From NCBI GenBank assembly GCA_963765495.1, contig CAVXWP010000003.1, positions 1 to 64,000 of the forward strand: DNA of 64,000 nt, given 5' to 3'. The position numbers and the translations under genes are program-made. Below the pieces are notes generated by a model. It had not been told where the DNA came from. It saw only the letters and a program-made list of their open reading frames with translations, and searched no databases. This stretch comes from Blastocatellia bacterium. Lineage in GTDB: Bacteria > Acidobacteriota > Blastocatellia > UBA7656. Below, in pieces: positions 1-10,767 of this stretch (its first letter is position 1; each line of letters opens with the position of its first letter).

Positions 1-3000
1 CTCTTCGGCAATTTGAAAGCTATTCTTTCTCAGGTTCCTGACCCTGCGCCTGACGGGGGCACTCATCAGGGAACACCGCCCCTTGAGGAGCCTGCGACTG
101 ATTCGGAAGGTCAGGCAGAATCTCCAGACACGACGCAGAATGGTACCGACTCGAAACAGCGCTTCCAGCAACCAACGGGTGGTAACTTTGGAGCCGTACC
201 AACCACCAATCAGAAATCGGACCCTTCCCCGCCCGAGGCGCTGCCTAAACCTGTGCCAGCGACGAGACAGCCTTCAAGCCCCGCCACACATATCAAAGTC
301 GCTGAAAGCTTCGGGGGCTGCCTTCGGTCGGAGAGGTCGCATTTAGCCTGTACACAGATGATTCGCAGAAGCATTGGGAGGAGTTTCTCTATGCCCTCAT
401 TGGGTCGGATGATTTGCCGGGCGCTTATTGGCTCAGTCTCTCCTTAATGAAAGGCGGTCAGCCGGTTCCTTTTTCGCATACGATTATTGGGGCTACGCAG
501 GCGGCGCTCTGGCTCGAATCGAACGATGACCCGCTCTGGCTCGATCTTTTCGACTCAGTGAGCGACCCCGCGCACGAAACAGCCGATCCGGTGCTCAAAC
601 TGGCGATCAGTATGACGGCATCACTTATCGCCCCGAGTTCGGGTATGACCGAGTGGCTGAATTGCCCTGAGAAGCTTCAGGGGATGTGCGCTCTGGTCGA
701 AGCCCTGCAAGAGTTCACTATTCTTGGACTCCCTTTCCTCCAGAACCACTTGAACCAGGCGGCTGAGCTTTTTGATCCAGAGGAGTTCGATCTACTCTCA
801 AGCAAGGCCGCAAAATGGCTGGAGGATGCGCCTAACTGGAAGACCAATCTGACCGGAGCAAACGAGGTCTGGCGCGATTTGGTCGGCCATCAGGGCGCGA
901 TTCGAGCACTGGTCGAGCCGGTGGCCAATAAAGATCGCAAATCGGTCGTCAGGCTCCGCGCCGCAGTCCGCGAATGGCAGGCGACATCAAAAGTTGAAAA
1001 GAAGATCAACCATCTTTTTCAAACAACGCGCTCATATTCCCTGGGGGATCGCAATTCCAGGATTTTCGGTGGCCGCATGGAAAAAATGGTCAAACAGGTG
1101 CAGGGGGCAGTGGAATTGGCGTTGCGCTGGTGCGATCTGGTCGATATCGAGAGATCTCTCAACAGTACGCATGCGGAGGGGGAGGCCGAGCGAACCCACC
1201 GCCTATTGCAGCAAGTTAAGGATGCGCTGCCTGCCACCGAAGAAGCCCTGGCCAGTTTCGCCCCCGAGTCGCTGCGGGACATCGCTGCCGTGCACTGTCT
1301 GAGGCGCTCACTTGAGAAGCTGTGCCTGCTGCTGAAGATTTCCGATGTCTCCCCGGACGGCAACGTTTTTTGCGCCAGAAGAAAACCGCTTTCCGAACTG
1401 GTGTCAAGCCTCAGTCGCCGCTTGCTGTGGTGCCCGGAGCTTGAACTTGACGAGGAAGGCAAGCCAGATAGCCTGGGAGCGGTCTGCGAATCCTTACGCG
1501 ATTCCTGTGCGGCGGGGACGACGCTGGACAGCGCCTGGCCAGAATGGATCAGGACCGGAGATTTCCGGTCGGTGGAGGCTCTGTTGTCGGAGATGCCGAC
1601 ACCGGAGCGGCAAAACCACTACCAAGCGGCGTTAGACCGCGCGCGCAGAGTTCTAGCCAAACAAAAGGCGGAGTTATCGGAGGCCGTGGAACAGGCACTG
1701 ATGGATGGTGCTCTTGCTGAAGAGTATTCTGAATTTACGGTGGTGCTGGAGAGCATCGAGCCGGAACGCCTATTGAACCTGAGGCCTGCTGCCGCTAAGC
1801 TCCGCGATCTGTCGGTCAGACTGGCTAAGGCCGGGACGGATCGGCTCTCGCATCTGCAGGAGAAGTGGCGCGGGCTGGAGCCTCGCCTGCGCTCCCACCC
1901 TGGACTGGTGCAAGCCGAGAGCGAATCTCTTAGTGCGTTCATTGAAAATGCCATAGCCGAAAAAGACCTGCGCGTGATAGATGAATGCCTCGCCGGGATC
2001 GACCAAATCTTCGAAAGCGATAAGGAGATGTCCGACATCCTGACCAATCTGCCCTGGAGATATGGATCGGTTGAACGTGATATTCTCACAGAATATCTGG
2101 GCGTGATTGCAAACCTGGAGGATTGGCTGCACTCGAAAACGGACCAACTGGCGAACTTCCAAAGGGAAGTGCTCAAAGGGCAAAATCAGTTCCAGAACTT
2201 TGGTCTGCCGGGCGTACCGCAGAACCGACGCAACGAGGTTGTCGAAACTATAGCCTCTTGGCTGCACATGCAGGCGGGCAGCCCCCGAAGCGGCAACCTC
2301 AACGAACATCTCTGGACCATTCTGCGATTTCTCGGCTTTCAATCGCTGGCCGAAGCAAATACGCCGATTACGTTGATAAAGGCGTCAACTGATTGGTTGC
2401 TGGCACGGGCAAACGTTTTGGTAGGGAAGTCTGCCGAGCCTATATGGCAGTTAGGGTCGGAGTGCAAGGACAATGATGGAAAGGGAAGTTATAGCGTCCT
2501 GTGTTTCTGGGGCAGCCCAAGCGTTAGGAAGGTTGAGCAGTGTCTAAGGCAGGTCACATTCAGCGACACGGGGCTGCTAATCATTTATTTGGGATATCTC
2601 ACCGGGCAACAGAGGGCCGAGCTGGCATCACTTTCACGCATGCGCGAGCCTTTGCTCGCGCATGCCCTGTTGGATGAGAATCTGCTGATCTTCCTCTCCA
2701 GCGAATCTGATGATCGGTTGCCCGCTTTCTTTCGATGCAGCATGCCGTTTTCGGCGGCGTCTCCCTATACACCGCAGCGGCGCGGCGATACGCCTGAGGA
2801 GATGTTCTTCGGGCGCGAGAAACTAGTCAGCGAGATTTGGAAACCCAGCGGCAGTTGTATACTTTACGGCGGACGCCAACTCGGCAAATCGGCCCTGTTG
2901 CAACAGGTGGCGCGTCTCTATCACCGCCCCGACCAGTGGCATTACGTATTCATCAAGACTCTCGGAGAGAAATTCGGCTCCGGACCCTCGCAAACGACTG

Positions 3001-5036
3001 AAGCCATCTGGAGCGAGTTGCGAATCCTTTTCCAGGACGCGGGCTTGTGGGGACAGCGCAAGCGCACAGATGATATCAAGACTATTTCTAGAGACATTCA
3101 GGATTTGATGAAAAAGGAGGTCGATCTAAGTGTGCTGGTGCTGTTTGACGAAGCTGACGATTTTCTGGATGCCGATGCCGACAACAATTTCCGCGCGCTT
3201 CTTCCTTTGCGAGATCTAATGACGAATACCAATCGACGCTTTAAAACCGTTTTCGCCGGCAATCGTCACGTGCAGCGCTTTCAGGATTGGCCCGATCAGC
3301 CATTCTTACAATTCGGCAAGCCACAGATGGTCGGCCCTCTTGATCCCGGCGCGGCGCGCGATCTGGTCCGCAAGCCGCAGGAGGCGCTCGGCTATCGGCT
3401 TGACGAGCCGACGGTTCTGCGAATCCTGTCTTATACAAATTACCATGCTGTGCTCATCCATGTCTTCTGCGCTGCTTTAATCAAACGCCTGCGCAAAGTG
3501 CAAGGGGTCAGCCTGCCGCCTTACGAAATCCAACGGGATGATGTCGAAGCGGTCAATCTTGATCCTGAAGTGCGAAAGGAGATCAGCGATCAATTCAAGG
3601 CAACCTTAGTCCTCGACGATGATTATAAAGTGATTACCTGGCTGATGATTCAGCACCAGATGTCGGCCAGGGACAGCTACGGGGCGACTTACACGGCTGG
3701 CGAGATTCTCGACCTCGCTCGCGATGGCTGGCCCCTTGGCTTTCAATCTTACAACCTCGGACTGATGAAGGTGCGGCTAGAAGAGATGTGTGGCCTGGGC
3801 CTGCTTGTCCGCCTCAAGGGAACCGTGGTGAATGATCTGGACGGGCAATATAAATTACGGAGTCCTAACCTCGTTAGGATGATGGGAACCGAAGATGTCA
3901 TCAAGCGCTACCTCGAAGAACAGCGCGATAAACCGCGCGAGACGAAGAACGACCAGGATCGACACGCCTGGTGGGGGGGTAAGAATAGCGGCATAAATGG
4001 GTTCAGCCCGCTGACGATAGCTCAGGAGCGTTCGCTGAACCTCCGCCAGACTGGTGTCGGTTTGATCTTCTCCTCTGAGGCGTTGGGGCTGTCGAGTTTG
4101 CCGGATGTGTTTCATCGACTTATCCCGGAAAACCAGCCCGATGACATAAAAGCAGAGGGCGCCGAAATCCCCGCTAGCGTGACGGACGCGCTCGGGTTGG
4201 AAGCGTGGTTAAGAGGGTTCGTTGAAGCTCGACCCAATCACGAGCGGCTCATAAGCTATCAGCGAATTTCCGAGGGCGTGGAGGACCTGGGGGACTACAT
4301 CACAGCAGCGCGCGTTTTCTGTGATGTGCGCTATAAAAAGACCCGGTGGCTGCGTCTTCTGTTTATATTGGACCCGGTTGCCATGTGGCGTTGGTCTGCA
4401 TTGCCTCAAGACGTTCGGAATCGCTTGGAAACTCAGGTGGACTCTCCCATTCAGGCTTGCCACTGGAATCTTCCCGGCATAAGGCAGATGGTCTCCCAGT
4501 CCGGCAAGCTCTACACCGACGAGGTGTGCCGATACCTGCTTGAGAAGACAGGTGGCTGGCCCTTCCTGCTGCAAACAGTTTTCCAAGACGGCGGCGAGGA
4601 GAACGACCTGAGAAAGGTCGCAAAAGACATTCCCGAACGACTGAAGTCTATTTCAGATTCAGACAACCTCGCATCAAGATTCTGGGAGGCCCTTGGGCTC
4701 AAGTATTGGTCTATAGCCCAGAAGGTGCTCAGACAGATCAAGAGCCTTAAGGAGGTGCCGGTCGACCTGTTTGTACCCGAGATCTTTGATGGCCTCGAAG
4801 CCGGAGAATGTCAAAGGTCGCTGGATTTCTTGCTACGCTTGAAATGTGTAAAGCAGGTTGAAGACACTGTGCATCTTGACCCCTTTGTGAATTTTCTCCC
4901 TTTAGCAATCCTTGCACCGAAGGAAGAAGCTGCCCCGGCCGCCATCCCACTGATCAGCGACAATAAGAATTTACGCGCATTGACTCATCAAAAATCTTAC
5001 TTTCGGAGGCCGATTGACTCATCCAAAATGCTCTAA
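1..5036 (+). CDS. Giant STAND-like P-loop NTPase (>1600 aa, 5' end outside window); apparent 1-bp frameshift at ~305; C-terminal ~28 codons come from the IS end
   Basis: Walker A YGGRQLGKS, Walker B VLVLFDEAD, pre-Walker PYTP..G..MFFGRE. Frame 1 is open from base 1 to KVAE. Frame 3 is open from 306 (KLRGLPSVGEVAF...) into ORF 414-5036; adding one A in gaaag joins them. Confidence 0.8.
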
Positions 5037-5074
5037 TCGCGTGGCTTCTAAGACCGTGCGATTGGAGGGAAAGG

Positions 5075-6777
5075 ATGACCAAAATTATGAGCCTCTCTGC
5101 ACGACAAGAATTGACCGCCGCCTTGATGGCGCGTTACCAAACCGCTAACCGCGATGATAAGATTCGCCTGCTCGATGAGTTCATTGCCTCTACTGGCTAT
5201 CATCGCAAGTATGCCATCTCTCTTCTCAACCGCTCTCCTCAGCAACATTCTCTTCACGAAACTTCGCCTCCCACTCGCAGCCGCACTTACACACAAGACG
5301 TTAAGGCTGCCCTCCTCTTCGTCTGGCAATCGGCTAACCGCATCTGCTCTAAACGCCTCGTCCCTTTTTTGCCAGAGTTTGTTTCCTCTCTCGAACGTCA
5401 CGGTCCTCTCTCTTTGTCCGATGATCTTCGCACCAAACTCCTCTCTATCAGTCCGGCTACTGTTGACCGCCTCCTTCGAGATGTTAGACTCTCCGGTAAG
5501 AGAAACAGCCTTGTAACGACTCGCACAGGTTCGCTTCTCAAACACCAGATTCCTATCCGCACTTTTTCGGATTGGGATGATCTTAAACCCGGCTTTGTCG
5601 AAGCCGAACTACAGGTCGTTGCATAAATAGCTTTACTTCTCACAAGCCAGAACTGGCTGCCAAAGCCTCTTTCGTGGTTCTAAAAGTAAAGTTATTTCTG
5701 CAATGATCAGTAGTTGCCCACTACGGTACTTCTACTCAGGGCACTTATCTCAACTCTCTGGTCCTGACTGATGTGATCACTGGCTGGACCGAGTTCTTCG
5801 CCTTACTTTGTCGCGATCAACACAAAGTGACCGAGATGCTTGAACTCTCTCACACTCTTCTGCCTTTTCCGCTCCTGGGAATAGACACCGACAACGGTTC
5901 GGAGTTTCTTAATCACTCTCTGTTGGATTACTGCCGGGCGAGGCAGATTACCTTCACCCGCTGCCGTCCTTACAAGAAAAACGATCAATGTCACGTAGAA
6001 CAAAAGAATGGCTCGATTGTAAGGAAGTTCGTTGGCTATGATCAGTTTGAAGGCCCTGGAGCTTGCAAGCAGTTGGCTGCTCTCTACGGAGTGCTGAGGA
6101 TGTATGTCAACTTCTTTCAGCCATCGGTGAAGCTGGTTTCGAAAGAACGACAAGCGAGTAAGGTCATTAAGCGATATGACCAGGCACAAACCCCATATCA
6201 GAGATCGCTAGATTCAAAGGATGTGACTGACCAAGCAAAAACAAGGCTGCGAGAGCAGTATGAAAAGTTGAATGCGGTGGAACTTCTCCGCCAGATAGAA
6301 TACTTCCAAGACTTGCTTCAGTACGCTCATCGCCCGGCAGATTGGCTTGCTCTGTGCCAAACAGTACCAACTCAAAAACTCGATATCGGGCAGAGTGAAA
6401 AACCAAACTCTGAGGAGTCGCTGATCAACCGACCTGGTATTGGCAGTGACCAGAAACGAGCCTACAGGAAAACAGGCAAGCCGACCAAACATAGTCAGGT
6501 AGTGCATACTTGGCCAACGCGCAAGGATCCTTTCATTCTTGTTTGGGAGAAGGTGGAAGCGATGCTTGAGGAGAATGCAGGATTACAAGTAAAGGAAATA
6601 TTCGATACTCTGCAACGAGAATATCCAGGTCAGTTCAGTGCAGGGCAGTTGAGAACATTGCAGAGACGAGTGAGGGCATGGAGATTGTCAAAGCTCCCCT
6701 CAAGAAATCTCCCGCCTTGCGAAGGAGTGATCATTGCTGCCCATATATCAATGCCATTGGAGATGTTTGTTGAGTAG
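5075..6777 (+). pseudogene. Transposase (integrase-catalytic domain) interrupted by a MITE
   Basis: ORFs 5075-5626 and 5773-6777 join in frame (..GFVEAEL|VAHYGTSTQG..) once 101 bp are removed; DTDNGSEF and HVEQKN catalytic motifs present. Confidence 0.9.
5612..5710. mobile_element. 99-bp MITE with TA target duplication
   Basis: 27-bp imperfect TIRs CAGGTCGTTGCATAAATAGCTTTACTT / rc CTGATCATTGCAGAAATAACTTTACTT; TA at 5610-5611 and 5711-5712; original site CTAG. Confidence 0.9.
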
Positions 6778-7042
6778 TAAGTCAGTAGCCTTGGCTGCGG
6801 GCGAAGTCAAGGACAGGCCGCCTCGCAGACTCGGCGGTCGCGGCCCTGCTGGCCGCGATCCTTGACATCGCTCCTGGCTTCGGCTGAAATGACCAGTAAG
6901 GGAGAAAGCTTGCCTTTCTCCCTGGAGGAAGAAATCGCCAAGATAATGAGTTTCGTAAATAGCAAGGATGAGACGACGGCCTTTCAAAAGTAAGATTTTT
7001 ACGTGAGGCAACACGGACGTAAATTCTAATTGACTTCAATCA

Positions 7043-7346
7043 CCCCCTGCTCGAAAAGCGCCGCAAACGTAGCATTGGCTGCTGGACCAGCCGCGCTAAC
7101 GAGGACAGGCGCATAACCCTACGCGACCAACTCGTCCAGCTTCGCTTGGTATTGCGCGGCCGAGAGGTTGTGCACGGCCCACCAGTTCGGCCCAGGCCGC
7201 TGCACCCATACCGCCGAGTAGATAGTGAACGGAGGATCGCCGGAGACGCCAAGCGAAATCGGGCGGTATCCCTGTTGCGAGAGGGCCTCGACCCGTTATT
7301 GGTGCTCGGCACCGCTCAAACCGTGGTAAGCGACTACTGGTGGCAT
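7043..7346 (-). pseudogene. Bacterial tandem repeat domain 1 (BTRD1)-like protein N-terminus with two in-frame stops, truncated by the IS
   Basis: MPPVVAYHGLSGAEHQ*RVEALSQQGYRPISLGVSG...YSAVWVQRPGPNWWAVHNLSAAQYQAKLDELVA*GYAPV; GAGGAG RBS upstream. Confidence 0.7.
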
Positions 7347-7370
7347 AGTGATCTCCTCAACGAGCACGCC

Positions 7371-7444
7371 CTCGCCCATGCCCCTGGCGCCGAGCCGGCA
7401 ATGACCTCGTAGTGTTCGAGCCTTGTGCCGGCCGCGACGGTCAT
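7371..7444 (-). pseudogene. N-terminal relic (~25 codons) of a Hanks-type Ser/Thr kinase
   Basis: MTVAAGTRLEHYEVIA/(frameshift)/LGARGMGE after a GGAGGA RBS; matches the typical kinase start GTRLGxYEVxxxLGAGGMGE. Confidence 0.65.
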
Positions 7445-7877
7445 CGGGGGAATCCTCCAGGGTCAGGGAGTAGGCGGCGAAGTCTATCACCACGAGTCGA
7501 TCATCAGGAAGGGGGAAGTGAGTCGGACTCGGGACCGAAGAGAAGCTGCCGGGGCTGGCCTTTGCCAGCTCGGGACGCCCTTTGCGTTCTTCTCGGCGGC
7601 CTTTTCCCCTAGCCTCACTGTCTGCTGTCGTCGTCTTGAGACCCGCCACCCCGTCCGAGCGCATGCGTGGGAAGCGAATGGATGGGTAGGTGTCCCGTTT
7701 CCTAGCAGGCTCTATCACCACAAAGCGGCAGTCAGGAAGGGAAGTGCGACGAGCAGGCAGTCGAGGTCGTAGAGTCTTTCGGGAACCGTAAAAACGCATC
7801 TGCCGGTCGCCTTGAGCTTATAATAAGAGGACCGGGTTGAGTTGGCACAAAGATAGATGACGTGTCAGTTGCAGCTA

Positions 7878-9081
7878 TATGAACGCTACAGCAAGATGTG
7901 GAGTTGAAGATGAGTTAGAGTATCGTCTGACAGAAAGATAAAAACACAGAAAGGGGAAGTAATGCTCAGTCAAGAAGATTACTTGGAAGCCTGCCGACGA
8001 TACAAGAACATGAAAGAAAATCCTCACCAACGACAACGTTATCACGCGTTGATCCTGATGACGCAGGGTTACAGCTACCGACACACCGCACAGATATTGC
8101 TTGTTGATGAAGAAACCATCAGCCGCTGGAGCGCGCGCTATCAGGCGAGCGGTTTGGATGGACTCAAAAACAATCCACTCTGGGGAGGCGAGCATGGGCA
8201 GCGATCTCTTAACCAACAGGAGTTGCAACAAGTGCAGCACTTGCTTGAAACCGAGGCGATGCCTGGCACGAGGGTGGGGAGTGGATGGACTCTCAAAGCC
8301 GTTCGGGACTTGCTTGAGGAACGCTTTGAGACGAGCTATTGCCGCAGCGGCACCAGAAAGCTGCTCCACTTGATAGGCTGGAGCTATCAGCGTGGCCGCA
8401 AGCTTTACATCAAACGTAGCGCCGAAGAACAAGCTCGTTTCGAGTTGGAGACGGCGGAGATTCTGGCCGAATTTGCGGAGAATGGGGCAGCGATTACGCT
8501 GCTTGCTGGCGATCAAAGCAAGGTCTATCTGGAAGGCACGATAGCCAAGCGATGGAACCCGGTGGGCCAACAGCCGTTGATTGCCGATGGGGCGCGAAGC
8601 AAACAGGCTGAGAACATCTACGGCGCCTTGCATCTGGGAACCGGAGAAGAAGTGGCCAACTTCGTCATTGACTGGCAAGACTCGGATGCGACGATTCGAT
8701 GGTTTGAGATGATGCTTGAAGAGAACCGTCGAGGAACTATCGTGTTGTGGATAGATCGGGCACCGCATCACACAAGTGACGAGGTTGAAGAATGGCTGGA
8801 GGAGCATCCTCGATTGAGAGTCATCAACTTTCCGGCTTACACCCCGGAAGAGAATCCCAAAGAAGGGACCTGGAAACCGCTGAAGGAAGAGGCGAGTCAC
8901 CACCAATGGCATGAGAAAATAAGCGATTTGAGCCAAGCGATTGACAACTACTATCAGAAGGCGCGACGCCAAAGCGTGAACTTCTTGGAGAAGTTTGGAT
9001 ATTTTTGGAAGGCTGGAAGGATTCATCCATTACCTCAAACTCAGTGAATGCTCCAATCCATATCTTGGTGTAGCTCTTATA
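7878..9081 (+). mobile_element. IS630-family insertion sequence
   Basis: IRs TATGAACGCTACAGCAAGATG / rc TATAAGAGCTACACCAAGATA; TA duplication at 7876-7877 and 9082-9083 (CTAG site). Confidence 0.92.
7962..9047 (+). CDS. IS630-family transposase
   Basis: N-terminal HTH; DDE motifs AGDQSK, WIDRAPHH, YTPEENPKEGTW. Confidence 0.93.
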   Translation: MLSQEDYLEACRRYKNMKENPHQRQRYHALILMTQGYSYRHTAQILLVDEETISRWSARYQASGLDGLKNNPLWGGEHGQRSLNQQELQQVQHLLETEAMPGTRVGSGWTLKAVRDLLEERFETSYCRSGTRKLLHLIGWSYQRGRKLYIKRSAEEQARFELETAEILAEFAENGAAITLLAGDQSKVYLEGTIAKRWNPVGQQPLIADGARSKQAENIYGALHLGTGEEVANFVIDWQDSDATIRWFEMMLEENRRGTIVLWIDRAPHHTSDEVEEWLEEHPRLRVINFPAYTPEENPKEGTWKPLKEEASHHQWHEKISDLSQAIDNYYQKARRQSVNFLEKFGYFWKAGRIHPLPQTQ

Positions 9082-9169
9082 TAGTGCTTGTTGTCCTGGT
9101 TAGCCATCTCCATCCGCTTGACGTGCAGATAGTGCGCCTCGCCGGATAACAGACCATTGCGTCCGCCGT

Positions 9170-9496
9170 TTCTCTTTTCTGGGCGGGCAGGTTCGGTCGC
9201 AAGCTTCGGGTAGAGACGTTCGAAGACACGGCGGCTCGCTTGAGGTAGCATCTTCTGTAGGTCAGTCTCACTGACGTTTTGTCCTTCCAGCGCCGAACTG
9301 ATCAAGTCCACAGGGCGTTGAACCGCGCTTGCTCCGGCATCAGGATGAGCGCGTCACTGACCCTCAATATCGCTAGCGGTGCCCCCGTTTCCAGCCGGAT
9401 CGTATCGCGGTACTTTTTAGGTACAGTCACCTGCCACTTTTCACCCACCCGAGTCGTAGAAAGGTATTCCGCAAGCGGCAGGACTTTTGTTGACAT
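9170..9496 (-). pseudogene. AbrB/MazE-type antitoxin, frameshifted at ~9305; cognate toxin absent
   Basis: TTRVGEKWQVTVPKKYRD; colinear with the intact paralog at 61522-61860 across ORFs 9302-9496 and 9030-9311. Confidence 0.8.
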
Positions 9497-9615
9497 TTAC
9501 TCGAGCCGCCCGAAGACATCTTTCACCTTAGCGCCGCTCTTGATGAGTCGTTCGGTGGCGTTCCAGGCTTTGCAGTTATGCCCCCATACGGGTCGGAGGT
9601 GCAATCTGAAACTGT

Positions 9616-10059
9616 TCAGATCGTTGTGTGAACAGCAAAACCGGCTTTCGTGGCGGCCTCCGCAAGCCGCGCGTCAAAGGTGATGAATGGTTTGCCCTTG
9701 GATTTCTCATTGCACCAGAGCAGGGCCGAGGCCAGTTGGATGGCGTCGGCAGCCCGTACGTCGTAGCTTCGCAACATCTCTTTGGCCAGGTCCCGGAGTT
9801 TTGCTGTGGGCAGGACTTCCAGCCTGTTGTCCTCAATGTTGGAGAAGCGATCGACGGCCGCCTGGTAGCCCTTGTCGTTGAGGTACCCTTCTCGATAGAG
9901 CCGTGAAAGCGCACTCTGTACCTCAATGGGCGTCGTCCATGCCAGCACCGGCTTTTGGTATTTCCTGAGAAGTCGGCGGGCCTGAGTAGAGAATGTTTGT
10001 TGGAGGAGCACCGGGATAATCGCGCTGCTGTCGAAGAAGGCGCGGCTACCTTTCATCAC
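9616..10059 (-). CDS. vapC: PIN-domain toxin (VapC family)
   Basis: FFDSSAI, EVQSAL, RAADAIQLASAL and FITFDARL acidic PIN motifs; overlaps the antitoxin stop. Confidence 0.92.
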   Translation of the reverse strand: MMKGSRAFFDSSAIIPVLLQQTFSTQARRLLRKYQKPVLAWTTPIEVQSALSRLYREGYLNDKGYQAAVDRFSNIEDNRLEVLPTAKLRDLAKEMLRSYDVRAADAIQLASALLWCNEKSKGKPFITFDARLAEAATKAGFAVHTTI

Positions 10060-10333
10060 GTTCCTCTCGGAGGAGTTTTACGACGTCCACTTTGACCTTG
10101 GGCAGGGCGGCGGTAAAAAAGTCTTTTGGGAACCCCCCGGCTTTTTCCGGCAGACGGATCAGCCCCCGGGCGGCCAGAGCCAGCAGTTCTTCCTCCTCGT
10201 TGTCTGCCGAGAGGGGGACGATCTTGGCGATGGGCAGGTTGCGGTCTCGAATCAACACCTCCTCGCCCTGCCGCACTTCATTGAGGTAACGGCTCAAATT
10301 GTTTTTCAAATCCGCGATATTTACTGATTTCAT
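10046..10333 (-). CDS. Phd/YefM-family antitoxin
   Basis: MKSVNIADLKNNLSRYLNEVRQGEEVLIRDRNLPIAKIVP; ATG at 10333 with AGGT RBS. Confidence 0.92.
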   Translation of the reverse strand: MKSVNIADLKNNLSRYLNEVRQGEEVLIRDRNLPIAKIVPLSADNEEEELLALAARGLIRLPEKAGGFPKDFFTAALPKVKVDVVKLLREERDER

Positions 10334-10767
10334 AAACACCTTTCTAATATAGCTATTATAGCCAGATTGTAGGCCCGCAAGCGACAGGTTGCAAGCCGGC
10401 CCGAAGGAGGGGAAGCAAAGTGCGGCAGCAAGACTATGTCCCGGACGTAGTAACAGACCGCTCCCTCTCTCCATCTCAGGCCTTCCGGGGTGATCACGAT
10501 AAGCATAGGAACTACTGCCCGTTCAGCAGCTTGCTGTTACACGCCTTGCAGAGGGTAACAGGACTCACCGGCGTCAGCCTCGCCTGTCCTCCTCTTTGGC
10601 ATTATAATTCAGGCCATCGTCGAGTCCTTTTTGCCGCTCTTGCTCCAGCCGGGTTGGATGTTTACCAATCGGCTATTGAGCAAGAATGCACAGACTCAGG
10701 CAAGGACATCAACAACGCCAAGCAACTGGCAGAAAGCGAAAGGTAGGTGAAGCTTCAAATAGACCAT

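Larger units (their letters stand above)
4951..7042 (+). mobile_element. Insertion sequence with rve-type DDE transposase (ISNCY/IS481-like; family uncertain)
   Basis: TG...CA ends with ~75-bp imperfect IRs: left tgatcagcgacaataagaatttacg...aaaaatcttacttt; right (reverse complement) tgattgaagtcaattagaatttacg...aaaaatcttacttt. Flanks cccac/ccccc give no clean TSD. Confidence 0.85.
7757..9167 (-). pseudogene. Relic of a Tc-toxin A-type C-terminal (TcB-binding) region, split by IS630
   Basis: Joining the IS630 flanks gives GGRNGLLSGEAHYLHVKRMEMANQDNKH*LQLTRHLSLCQLNPVLL/(frameshift)/KLKATGRCVFTVPERLYDLDC, which resembles the TcA-like consensus GLLAGE..KRME..ELTKHVSL.QLDP..LK.TG.C.F..PE.LFDLD. 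Confidence 0.7.

Noticed and set aside
4946-7047. 5-bp target-site duplication of the first IS
   Set aside because: cccac versus ccccc mismatch, and the flanks belong to unrelated genes; an adjacent deletion is more likely.
7875-9026. 383-aa minus-strand ORF spanning IS630
   Set aside because: Antisense shadow of the transposase with no recognisable motifs.
10420-10746. 108-aa plus-strand ORF between the antitoxin and the integrase
   Set aside because: No motif or convincing start; cannot be supported.
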